From Dehalococcoidia bacterium (GTDB lineage: Bacteria; Chloroflexota; Dehalococcoidia; SHYD01; SHYC01): a DNA stretch of 64,000 bases. The notes under the pieces were generated by a model. It ran no database searches and was not told the DNA's origin. It saw nothing but the letters and a program-made list of their open reading frames with translations. The position numbers were made by a program, and so were the translations under genes. The stretch lies in NCBI GenBank assembly GCA_009693005.1, contig SHYC01000001.1, positions 3,580 to 67,579 on the forward strand. The letters run 5' to 3'. Every line of letters begins with the position of its first letter. The stretch's first letter is position 1. This document shows, one piece after another, positions 1-8,175 of this stretch.

Positions 1-477
1 TTCGTTGGCAAGGCGGACGTCCATCAACCATTCAGGCGGCACGCCGTAGCTCAGAAGAGCTGCTTCAGATAATCCGGCGAAAAGCGCGGGCTTCGGCGGT
101 GCTGGCTGTTCCACCTCGACATACTTTGGGATAACAATCTCTTCAACCCGCTCTCGAATCTCCACCAGCTGTGCCGCACCGGTTTTTGGATGCGTTTCCA
201 GCTTACGCCGGTCCGCCCACTGGTAGGCCGCATCGTGGTGACCGGCATAACAGAGTAACAGGCTGGCTTCGGTACGATGTACTATCAGTCGGAGGTCACT
301 GCTGACGCGCACGGACCAGAAATTCTTGTCCTTAGCGTTGTCAATTCTATGGAAGTTCATTCCGGGGTTGGCCGCGTTGAGCTGTAGGTCAAAGGCAGTC
401 GTCTTGACGGCCTTCTGTTCCTCGCCGGTCAACCTGGTAAGGCTATCGGTGAAAGTGTCCGCGATGAGAAAGTCCAT
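1..477 (-). CDS. Hypothetical protein, 5' portion only. ATG at 477, and the ORF runs past the window start. Residues 40-90 weakly resemble a RelE/ParE-fold toxin. Co-directional with, and 8 nt downstream of, the Mod-like gene.
   Basis: Manual reverse-strand translation gives an uninterrupted 159-codon reading frame from ATG 475-477 to position 1 (MDFLIADTFTDSLTRLTGEEQKAVKTTAFDLQLNAANPGMNFHRIDNAKDKNFWSVRVSSDLRLIVHRTEASLLLCYAGHHDAAYQW...). A GGAG lies about 10 nt upstream. It is absent from the ORF track only because it has no stop inside the window. Confidence 0.45.
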   Translation of the reverse strand, partial: MDFLIADTFTDSLTRLTGEEQKAVKTTAFDLQLNAANPGMNFHRIDNAKDKNFWSVRVSSDLRLIVHRTEASLLLCYAGHHDAAYQWADRRKLETHPKTGAAQLVEIRERVEEIVIPKYVEVEQPAPPKPALFAGLSEAALLSYGVPPEWLMDVRLANE

Positions 478-484
478 CGATGGT

Positions 485-1378
485 CTACTCCACCCGGAAC
501 ACCTTCATTACCTCGTCGCCGAGATGATTGATCACCTTGACCGCGATCCGTCCCGAGGCGGGCTTGTCGAAGGGCCGGGAGGTGTCGCTGTTCAGCGTGG
601 CCCAGGCTTCCTCGTTGATTTCCGCCTTCAGGGTAGTCTTAAGCGCGCTATAGGGATCGTTTGCACCCAGGAAGTAGGCGTGGCGGACGAAGAAGCTCTC
701 CTCGTTGTAGTCGGTGTCGATGAACCAGCAGGCGATGCCGTCCGCGCCGTCGCTGCGGACTTCGCCGGTGTTGGGGTGGAACACGTCCACGCCATTGACC
801 TTCACCCGCACCTGACCGTCGTAAGTAGGCAAGAGCGTGATGTCCGGCTCGCCGAAGATGACAAACAGGTTGCCCTTGCCGGTGTTCTTGAGGTCACCGG
901 CCATGTGCAGATCAGCGTTCATCCGTGCCTTGAGAACGGGGACGCGACCGAGTTTTGCGAACTCTGTAGTGTGGGCCTCGTAGTTGAAAGCGCAAGCGAT
1001 TAATACGTCGAACCCGGAGTCGCCGGCTTCTCTTGCCGCCTGCACCAGGTCTGGTCGGGTGACGGTTCCGAACTCCGGGCCGATGAAGATGGCGGCGCGC
1101 TTTTCGACGCCCGCTTCGGCTTCGATGTACCTGCCTTCCGCGCAGACCAGATCGCCCGGCCAGGGGGTGAGCGAGCTAAAGGTGATCTTATCGTCCTTAT
1201 GGGCCTGCTGGACACCTGAGGTCTTCAAATTCTCTAGGATCATTTGGGGAAAGGTCTGCCGCGAATCGTAGCCGGGGCCTGTTTCCGCAAGACCGTCAAT
1301 CAGTTCGCCATCCTCGTCCACCCCAAGCACTCGGTGGGGCGACAGGCTCTCGACGGTGAAGGGCCCGGCCACCCGCAC
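485..1378 (-). CDS. C-terminal ~300 aa continuation of the Type III Mod-like methyltransferase. It is in the same reading frame as ORF 1421..3292 and separated from it only by an in-frame TAG plus 14 sense codons. It is either the distal part of a nonsense-disrupted ~935 aa methyltransferase or a separate downstream protein.
   Basis: Frame continuity was checked by hand: ...SIAAKA-TAG-FEHLYDKPYSDNKK-VRVAGPFTVE.... There is no ATG start (the track starts it at GTG). The sequence ends ...GRIAVKVINHLGDEVMKVFRVE. Confidence 0.5.
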   Translation of the reverse strand: MRVAGPFTVESLSPHRVLGVDEDGELIDGLAETGPGYDSRQTFPQMILENLKTSGVQQAHKDDKITFSSLTPWPGDLVCAEGRYIEAEAGVEKRAAIFIGPEFGTVTRPDLVQAAREAGDSGFDVLIACAFNYEAHTTEFAKLGRVPVLKARMNADLHMAGDLKNTGKGNLFVIFGEPDITLLPTYDGQVRVKVNGVDVFHPNTGEVRSDGADGIACWFIDTDYNEESFFVRHAYFLGANDPYSALKTTLKAEINEEAWATLNSDTSRPFDKPASGRIAVKVINHLGDEVMKVFRVE

Positions 1379-1420
1379 CTTCTTATTATCTGAGTAGGGC
1401 TTATCGTACAGGTGTTCAAA

Positions 1421-3292
1421 CTAGGCCTTGGCGGCGATGGAGGCGTCGATCTCTTTCTGCCGGGCGCTGCGAGCGAACCACCAATCCGCATGGAGCTTCT
1501 TCGCTGATTCCGGCCACGACGGCTCGGCTTTTCTTGGAATCTCCCATTCTTCCCAGGATTTTTTCAGAGCAATGTTCAGCTTCTGTCGCAACGGGTCCAG
1601 CGTTTCCTGCCAGTTGTCCCAGATGACATCAATCTCTACGTTAGCAGTGATAGATTTCAACATAATGTGGGGGACCCGGTCGTACACGAAGCCTTGGCGC
1701 ACGTTGTTGTGAACCGTCTGCGAGGAGGGTGTGTTGCGCATAATCTCTGCCTCTTTGATCTGACCTTCACGTGAATCAGCAAGCAAGTAATATGGATACC
1801 GCGCGCCCATGATACGAGCACGAGCGAGTGCCAGCGCGACACGGGAGGTATCGATAGTGATCCACCGGCGTCCCCATTGCTCTGCGACAAAAGCGGTTGT
1901 CCCTGCGCCACAGGTAGGGTCTAGAACCAAGTCCCCCGGATCAGTCGCCATCATGATGCATTTCTGTACTTGGCGGGTTGACGTTTGAACCACATATATC
2001 TTTTCATACGAGGTGCTCGCCGAACCCGAGTCGGTCCAAATGTTGCTCATAGTGGACAACGGGTTGTCCTCATGGAACGCCACTAAGTAGGGTAGCGTTC
2101 CGTGTAGGACCAGGCGATCGGCTTTGATTAGGGTGTTCATGCCATCCTGATTCGTTCGCCAGCTCTTCTTGTTCCTATGGATATGCGTTCCTTGAAGCTC
2201 AAAATCGAACATACAAGTCGGGGTGTATCCAGAGGATAGCATCCCTTGCGGAGAATACAGCTTCCACTCTCTTGGAAGAGATTCGAGATTGTCTAATTCT
2301 TCCCTAGCAAGCTTTCGGCGCTCGCCACTCGGAAGTTCAGCGTAGTCATAGCGAGATTCAGATCCCTTTGCTTTCATGTCGAATATCGGTCGGAACTTGA
2401 TGCTGCCTTTGGACTTTGCATACCAGATGACGTAGTCCGTAACGTTGGCCATTCCGCCGGTTCCCAGTGGCGACAGCTTCTTTAGAGTGATTAGCGAAAA
2501 GAAGTTCTGATCACCAAAAATCTCGTCCATAAGTGCGCGGATACGATGAACGTTTTCATCACCGATCTGAACGAATATCGATCCGGATTCAGCCAGCAGA
2601 TCGCGAGCGACTGTTAAGCGATCTCTTAGGTACGTCAGATAGGAGTGAACTCCATCCCGCCAGGTGTCTCGGAACGCCTTCACTTGTTCGGGCTCCCGCG
2701 TGATATGTTCGGCATTCCCATCTTTCACATCGCGGCTTGTTGTAGACCACTGGAAGTTGGAGTCAAACCTGATGCCGTAGGGCGGGTCCATATAGATACA
2801 CTGCACCTTGCTGCGCAGTCCTTCCCGCTCCGCCAGGCTGGCCATAACTTGCAGGGAGTCGCCTAGGATCATGCGGTTGGACCAGTTCTGGTCGTGCTGG
2901 TAGAAGTCGGTCCTGTCAGCTCCTTCAGGCATACCGTTAAAGTCCCCAAACAAGTCTAGCTGGTCACCGTCTGCGGGCCCGCCTGCTTTGCTATGGCGCA
3001 GCAGGTCATCGATGAGCACCTTGGGATGCACCTTCTCCTGGATGTAGAGAGGTGGCGCGTGGACCACCAGATCGCTCCAGTCCTGCGCATCCTTGCCGCG
3101 CCACACAAGCTGCGGATCGAGATCGCGGTTGCGCCGCTCGTATGCCACCCGGACGGGATTCTCTTGATCCTTCTCGATAACAGACTGGTACTCCGCGGTC
3201 GGGATGTTCTTCCGCGTAGCCTCGTCGTGGACGAGGGTTTCAATGGATTTAGCGGTGTACTTTCTCGCTCTGGCTTTAGGACTACTAGCCAT
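1421..3292 (-). CDS. mod: Type III restriction-modification Mod subunit: beta-class N6-adenine DNA methyltransferase. Motif IV (DPPY) precedes motif I (VLDPTCGAGTT).
   Basis: 623 aa ORF. Motifs present: NRMILGDSLQVM, CIYMDPPYG and a C-terminal VLDPTCGAGTTAFVAEQWGRRWITID. A GAGGGA ribosome-binding site lies 11 nt after the res stop. The gene ends in TAG at 1421-1423. Confidence 0.85.
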   Translation of the reverse strand: MASSPKARARKYTAKSIETLVHDEATRKNIPTAEYQSVIEKDQENPVRVAYERRNRDLDPQLVWRGKDAQDWSDLVVHAPPLYIQEKVHPKVLIDDLLRHSKAGGPADGDQLDLFGDFNGMPEGADRTDFYQHDQNWSNRMILGDSLQVMASLAEREGLRSKVQCIYMDPPYGIRFDSNFQWSTTSRDVKDGNAEHITREPEQVKAFRDTWRDGVHSYLTYLRDRLTVARDLLAESGSIFVQIGDENVHRIRALMDEIFGDQNFFSLITLKKLSPLGTGGMANVTDYVIWYAKSKGSIKFRPIFDMKAKGSESRYDYAELPSGERRKLAREELDNLESLPREWKLYSPQGMLSSGYTPTCMFDFELQGTHIHRNKKSWRTNQDGMNTLIKADRLVLHGTLPYLVAFHEDNPLSTMSNIWTDSGSASTSYEKIYVVQTSTRQVQKCIMMATDPGDLVLDPTCGAGTTAFVAEQWGRRWITIDTSRVALALARARIMGARYPYYLLADSREGQIKEAEIMRNTPSSQTVHNNVRQGFVYDRVPHIMLKSITANVEIDVIWDNWQETLDPLRQKLNIALKKSWEEWEIPRKAEPSWPESAKKLHADWWFARSARQKEIDASIAAKA

Positions 3293-3303
3293 ACCTGTCC
3301 CTC

Positions 3304-5130
3304 TTAAGCCACCGGCTGCGCTGCGACGGCTTCGATGATCTTATTGAACTCGCCTTCCACCTTGGCCTCGAAATCGGCCTCGATCTGATAGACTTCGGTT
3401 AACTCGGCGAAGGCCCAACGGCCCTGGGCGCCCAGATGGTTCACACCTGGTACCCAGTAGGTATCCATGGTAGCCTTCTTCTCCTTCGCATCTTCCCGGC
3501 GATAGCCCTTGATTTCAACAATCAGGTGCAGGAGGTCGTCATCACCGTGACCGTCATCCACCAGCACGATGAAATCGGGAAGATACTTGCGCGTCTCTGA
3601 GCCAAAGCGATACGGAACCTCTAGTCCGAGCCCTTGATTCTTCACGTAGGCTCTAACACGGGGATGGGCCTCAGCGACCCGGCAGAATTCGGCTTCCCAA
3701 TCGCTGTCCAGGACGACCCAGTTGAGATGGCAGCGCCGCGGATCGGTCTGCCAACGGCGCTTCTTCGATGTGTTGAAGTTGACGTGCATTGTAGAGCCAA
3801 CGGGATTGTAAGGGTCGGGGAGTGCTTTGATGGGGCGTTCGCCCACCAACGCTCGGGTGATGCCAGCGGTGATCCGTTCGCAGGCTATGTCGGCCAATTC
3901 CTGGTACATGAGCTGGGCGGGGTAGCTGCCTCCTTTGCAGAGGAGGCAGCTGTCTAGCCAGTCTTTGGTGATGCGTTTTAGCTGACCGAACAAGTGGAGC
4001 TTGGGTTCTTCTCCAGGGTCGCGCCATTTGGTGTAGAGCAAGCGCTTGGTAACGTGGAAGAGCAGTGTAGAAGGCCGCATGTCTTCAAGGTGTTCCAGAT
4101 TCAGATCAACTTCTTCTCCGATGATACCAGCGTTCCTAGTGATGGATGGGCCAACAAGATCAGGAGTGAGTTCCAAGATTGAGTCAGCGTTGAACTCGGC
4201 TCTCAGACGCTCCTCCGGCAATTCCACGCGATAGCCTTCAACGCGCGGGAAGCGGATTTCGAGTGCATCACGCTCGGGCCGGACAGCCCTGACCTGAATA
4301 GTCTGGCGGGGCGGCTGCGGCGGCGCAACAACGGGTTTGGCCGTAAAGTCAAACGGGATGCCCAGCACGTCCGCATATTCAACGTTGAAGAGACCTTCAT
4401 CCGGACCTTCCTCGATCAAGTCGTAAGACTGGCGCCGCAAGGCCCGGCCAATGACTTGTTCGCAGAGAAGCTGGGTCCCGAAGGCGCGTACTCCCAACAC
4501 GTGGGTGACGGTGTTAGTATCCCAACCTTCGGTGAGCATGGAGACCGATACTACGCAGCGGATAGATTCGCCCAACCGATCGGGCTTGCCGACGGTGTTC
4601 ATGACCTCCCGCAGTAGGTCATTGTCTGTGATATTATCGGCCTGCCGCGGATCGCCGGTTCGTTCTACGATCTCACGGCGGAACCGTTCTATCTCATCGG
4701 CTGCCATGGCGCGGAAGTTATCGTCCAGCGCTTCGCCGGATTCGAGCTGCGCGCTATCTATCAGCAGCGTATTCGGTCGGGCGAAGGGGTTGCCGTACTC
4801 ATCGAAGTTGCGGAACAGCTCAAGCCGGCCATTTACCAGGGTGGTTGAAGCATCTTCGTTCTGCCGGGTGAAGCCCGAAACGTAATCGTAAACTAGCTTG
4901 GATATGGAGGTATTCTGACAAACTATTATGAAGCAAGGCGGGACAATAATACCGCTCGCCTGCCATAGGTCAAATGTCTTCCTATAATGCCCATAGAGCG
5001 CTTCCAAAGCTGTCTGGAGCTCAACGGGCAGGCCTGAGCGGGTCAAGCGGCCCTGAGTTGATGCGGTTCTTCTTTGGCATCCGGGTCCGAATATGCTCCC
5101 ACAGATTGCGGAATCGGGGCATTTGTCCAC
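3304..5130 (-). CDS. res: Type III-like restriction endonuclease Res subunit, distal fragment: helicase C-terminal domain (motif VI QVIGRALRR) plus a C-terminal PD-(D/E)xK nuclease (PDFIV...VEIKG). It is out of frame with the upstream fragment.
   Basis: 608 aa ORF that overlaps ORF 5021..6376 in a different frame. The TAA stop is 11 nt upstream of the mod start. Confidence 0.75.
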   Translation of the reverse strand: MDKCPDSAICGSIFGPGCQRRTASTQGRLTRSGLPVELQTALEALYGHYRKTFDLWQASGIIVPPCFIIVCQNTSISKLVYDYVSGFTRQNEDASTTLVNGRLELFRNFDEYGNPFARPNTLLIDSAQLESGEALDDNFRAMAADEIERFRREIVERTGDPRQADNITDNDLLREVMNTVGKPDRLGESIRCVVSVSMLTEGWDTNTVTHVLGVRAFGTQLLCEQVIGRALRRQSYDLIEEGPDEGLFNVEYADVLGIPFDFTAKPVVAPPQPPRQTIQVRAVRPERDALEIRFPRVEGYRVELPEERLRAEFNADSILELTPDLVGPSITRNAGIIGEEVDLNLEHLEDMRPSTLLFHVTKRLLYTKWRDPGEEPKLHLFGQLKRITKDWLDSCLLCKGGSYPAQLMYQELADIACERITAGITRALVGERPIKALPDPYNPVGSTMHVNFNTSKKRRWQTDPRRCHLNWVVLDSDWEAEFCRVAEAHPRVRAYVKNQGLGLEVPYRFGSETRKYLPDFIVLVDDGHGDDDLLHLIVEIKGYRREDAKEKKATMDTYWVPGVNHLGAQGRWAFAELTEVYQIEADFEAKVEGEFNKIIEAVAAQPVA

Positions 5131-6376
5131 CGGGAATATTATCGGCTATGGGGACCCGCGGCAGTTTGACGATGCCGCACTCAATTGCGTCCATCAATGA
5201 AAAATCGCTCATCGTCCAGGGGAACAGCGTCCCTTCTGCGTAACCGGAACCCCGCAAGAAGAAAGGAGTGGCTGATAGGTCGATGACATGAGCGATTCCC
5301 AGCTTGCGGTTAACCATCTCTAATCCCGAAAGCCAAAGACGGGCGGCCTTGTTGTTCTCTTCAGCCTCCTTCTTGTCCTCGCCTTTCAGAATTTCCACCT
5401 CTTCGGCTCCGGGCTTCGCTCGATAGCAATGGTGCGCTTCATCGTTTATCACAAGGATGTTCTTTATACCCATTAGCTCGGGCATGACTCGCTGGATCAT
5501 CTGCCCTTCGGTCTCTAACGTGTTGAGCGCGTCTCCACGGCCCTGGAGCAGGGAACGACCGCCTCGGGAAAGTTCCATGCGGTCGCGGAGTCGGAAAGCA
5601 TGGTAGTTCGTGATGACGATCTTGGCTTTGTCCAGATCGCTCAGCATGTCGTTTGGCACCAGCTGCAGGGTTCGATAGTAGCTGTCCGGATCGTTGGGCT
5701 TGAGCACCCGCAGGCGGTCTCGAATCGTCAGGCCTGGGGTCACCATAAGGAAACCACGGGTGAACTTACTGCTGTTAGGCCGACGGACTGCGTTAATAGT
5801 CTGCCAGGCGATCATCATCGCCATAACCGCTGTTTTGCCGGAACCAGTGGCCATTTTCAACGCGATACGCAGCAAACCAGGGTTTGCGTCGTTGCTTGCG
5901 TTTGCGATGTGGTCAAGGAAAATGCGCCCGTCACGGCCGAGGTCCGGCGCAACTTCAGTCAGCCAAATGGCCGTTTCAACAGCTTCCACCTGGCAAAAGA
6001 AGGGCCGAAAGCTGTTGAACGAATATTGCCGCCAGTGCTGAAGCAAACGAGCGGTTTCCGGCGTGACGTGCCAGTCATTAGGATTGGGTATCGTACGCCA
6101 TTGGTCTACCCGGCGGCGCACCTCGTTAATGATTGCGGTGGCCTGATATTGCTGTTCAGCTGTGGAGAGACCTTTGCCTTCATCAAAAACGAATTGCGGC
6201 TGGTTTGCCGCAGTCCTGCGCTTTCGAGGTAGAGGAATCGGCGTGATGAACTCCGCAATGCGGCGACTTTCTGCCATCTTGCCAGTTGGTTGTCCTTCCG
6301 TGTCGAGTTCCCAATGACGGGAAGGATACGTGTACGGCGCGTTGATGATTGGATGGTCGAAGAACTGGTCACTCAT
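5021..6376 (-). CDS. res: Type III-like restriction endonuclease Res subunit, proximal fragment: SF2 helicase motifs I (ATGSGKT), II (DEAHH) and III (SAT). Frameshifted relative to 3304..5130.
   Basis: 451 aa ORF with ATG at 6374-6376. It carries Walker A and the DEAH box, and ends ...NSGPLDPLRPAR inside the overlap with the downstream fragment. Confidence 0.75.
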   Translation of the reverse strand: MSDQFFDHPIINAPYTYPSRHWELDTEGQPTGKMAESRRIAEFITPIPLPRKRRTAANQPQFVFDEGKGLSTAEQQYQATAIINEVRRRVDQWRTIPNPNDWHVTPETARLLQHWRQYSFNSFRPFFCQVEAVETAIWLTEVAPDLGRDGRIFLDHIANASNDANPGLLRIALKMATGSGKTAVMAMMIAWQTINAVRRPNSSKFTRGFLMVTPGLTIRDRLRVLKPNDPDSYYRTLQLVPNDMLSDLDKAKIVITNYHAFRLRDRMELSRGGRSLLQGRGDALNTLETEGQMIQRVMPELMGIKNILVINDEAHHCYRAKPGAEEVEILKGEDKKEAEENNKAARLWLSGLEMVNRKLGIAHVIDLSATPFFLRGSGYAEGTLFPWTMSDFSLMDAIECGIVKLPRVPIADNIPGGQMPRFRNLWEHIRTRMPKKNRINSGPLDPLRPAR

Positions 6377-6419
6377 GCTTCACCGTTTTCGGTCGGGCCC
6401 AATCGCCTCTCACAATCAC

Positions 6420-6650
6420 TATTGCAATATCGTGGCTCCGGTCGACGTGACTTAATGTCCCACAAATAGAACATGGAGATGACTTCATTATAACGGAGAA
6501 TCGCCCTGAACAAGACCACAGCCCTCTTGCCAAATTCTACAGCAAGCAAGTGGGATCAGGCAATGTACGTCTTCCTCGCCGAGAAGCGGCGGCGCTCCGG
6601 CTCCGACCGTACCGTACAAGGCTACAGGGGTTCATGCGCATCGCCGCATC
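6420..6650 (+). repeat. Direct repeat copy 1: a degenerate 5' fragment of a tyrosine recombinase (integrase) gene with its upstream leader. About 85-90 percent identical to 7845-8132.
   Basis: Aligned by eye: cgacgtgacttaatgtcccacaaatagaacatggagatgacttcattataacggagaatcgccctgaacaagaccacagccctcttgcc... matches the second copy. Copy 1 has lost the GTG start and has a weaker ribosome-binding site. Confidence 0.6.
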
Positions 6651-6802
6651 CAATATAATGGAGCGCCATTTGACTGATGGTGAGGAGCGTAATTGAACGC
6701 ATATATGTGATCATACACTATGCTCTTGCCGCTGCCCTGGTTGTGCCAGATGATGCCACCTTTCTTCTCTTCGAACAGCTGGTTGTCTTCCCACACCAAT
6801 AC

Positions 6803-7333
6803 TCATGACTCATCCCTTGGTCTGAAGCCAAGTCTACGCCTCGGTTGCGTTGGCGGCACCATCAGTTGGCGGATCGCGTCGAAGACTGCCTTAAACTGCT
6901 CGTCGTAGCGCTCCTCTATCTCGTCGAGCCGGCGCGCTAGGTCTCGGTTAGACGCCAGCATCTCGCGCAGACGCACGAAAGCGCGCATGATCTCAATGTT
7001 GACCTGCACTGCGCGCTGGCTGCGCAGGACGCTGGAGAGCATTGATACGCCTTGCTCAGTGAAGGCGTAAGGCGGGTACCGGCGTCCGCCCCGGCCTGGG
7101 TTGTTTGAGGTCACAAATTGTGACCTCAAACGGTCAAACTCCTCTTTGGTGAGCCGAAACATGAAGTCCTCTGGGAATCGCGCTTTGTTGCGCCCAACAG
7201 CCTGTACCAAGACCTTCGTCTCGACACCGTACAACTCCGCGAGGTCGGAGTCCAGCATCACCTTCTCGCCGCGGATAAGAAGAATCGAGCGCTCTATGCG
7301 CTCTGCCGGTACGAGACTTCGGTTATCTGCCAA
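6803..7333 (-). CDS. ORF6N (KilA-N-like) domain protein
   Basis: 176 aa. Shows the characteristic ORF6N N-terminus ([46 protein letters not shown]). The first in-frame start is TTG. Confidence 0.7.
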   Translation of the reverse strand: MADNRSLVPAERIERSILLIRGEKVMLDSDLAELYGVETKVLVQAVGRNKARFPEDFMFRLTKEEFDRLRSQFVTSNNPGRGGRRYPPYAFTEQGVSMLSSVLRSQRAVQVNIEIMRAFVRLREMLASNRDLARRLDEIEERYDEQFKAVFDAIRQLMVPPTQPRRRLGFRPRDES

Positions 7334-7431
7334 CGCCCAACTCCTGGAGGTTGCTTCGGATGGCTGGATATAGTACCGTCACGATGTTAGCTCCACTCCC
7401 CGCTGCTTAAAGTCGCGCAGCGCGCCGGCGT

Positions 7432-7749
7432 TCACGGTCGCTCATAGACTGTGACGCCTTCGCTTAATGCCGGCTTCAATATGGTACCGGGGAGATCGCC
7501 GCGGCGGGTAATCTCCTCAGGCGTGGTTACGATCACATCTTTTGGGGCTGGCATGTCAGCGAGGGCGCGCAGCATGGCGAGGGTCATCTGCATGCGATCT
7601 GTGCCGTCCGGCATGACCACCAGGAGATCGTAGTCGCTGTCCCATCGCACGTCTCCGCGAGCGCGCAAGCCAAACAGTATTATACGAATGGGCTGAAAAC
7701 CCTCTACCAGACGCTGTACCATGATAGAGAGAACATCGGTGGTTGTCAT
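7432..7749 (-). CDS. Minimal nucleotidyltransferase (MNT) family protein with a GxRxRGDxxxDSDYDLLV motif. No cognate HEPN partner is adjacent.
   Basis: LFGLRARGDVRWDSDYDLLVV motif. The start is set at the ATG preceded by GGAGGAATAAG (MTTTDVLSIMVQ...). The ORF track extends it 28 codons upstream, which I think is spurious. Confidence 0.7.
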   Translation of the reverse strand: MTTTDVLSIMVQRLVEGFQPIRIILFGLRARGDVRWDSDYDLLVVMPDGTDRMQMTLAMLRALADMPAPKDVIVTTPEEITRRGDLPGTILKPALSEGVTVYERP

Positions 7750-7934
7750 CTTATTCCTCCAAATTAAAGCGCATGCGTACAGTTGCCAGTTGGTCGGCTC
7801 TAATAAGATATTCTCCATCACATCACCGCCCATCGACGGGATTCACCATTGCGCAACATCGTGTTGCCCATCGACTTGACTTAAGCGTCCGTGAATGGAA
7901 TATGGTGATGACTTAATTAGTAAGGAGAATCACC

Positions 7935-8132
7935 GTGAACAAGACCACAGCCCTCTTGCCAAAGTCTACAGCAGACAGGTGGGATCAGACAATGTATGCG
8001 TTTCTCGCCGAGAAGCAGCGGCGCTCCGGGTCGGACCGCACCGTGCAAGGGTACTCCGGAATGCTGCGCTATATCCTTGGGACCATGGGCAGGACTCCCG
8101 ACAAGATCTCGTCTCTCCACGGGTTTGATTGA
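7935..8132 (+). pseudogene. Truncated 5' fragment (about 65 codons) of a tyrosine recombinase/integrase gene; second copy of the direct repeat. AAGGAG ribosome-binding site plus a GTG start. The fragment stops 40 nt before the 3' end of nuoN.
   Basis: MNKTTALLPKSTADRWDQTMYAFLAEKQRRSGSDRTVQGYSGMLRYIL resembles the N-terminal core-binding (SAM-like) domain of XerC/D-type integrases. No catalytic domain follows. Confidence 0.5.
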
Positions 8133-8175
8133 TTGATTTTCCTGTATACTCACTCCGTTCAGAATGAAGTTACAA

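Noticed and set aside
326-1003. 225 aa plus-strand ORF
   Set aside because: Antisense to the Mod continuation ORF. No motifs. A GC-rich frame artefact.
1421-1423. Possibility that the in-frame TAG in mod encodes pyrrolysine or is otherwise a sense codon
   Set aside because: nuoN and other genes in the window terminate with TAG. The second interrupted methyltransferase uses TAA. No pyl genes are in view. Recoding is therefore unlikely.
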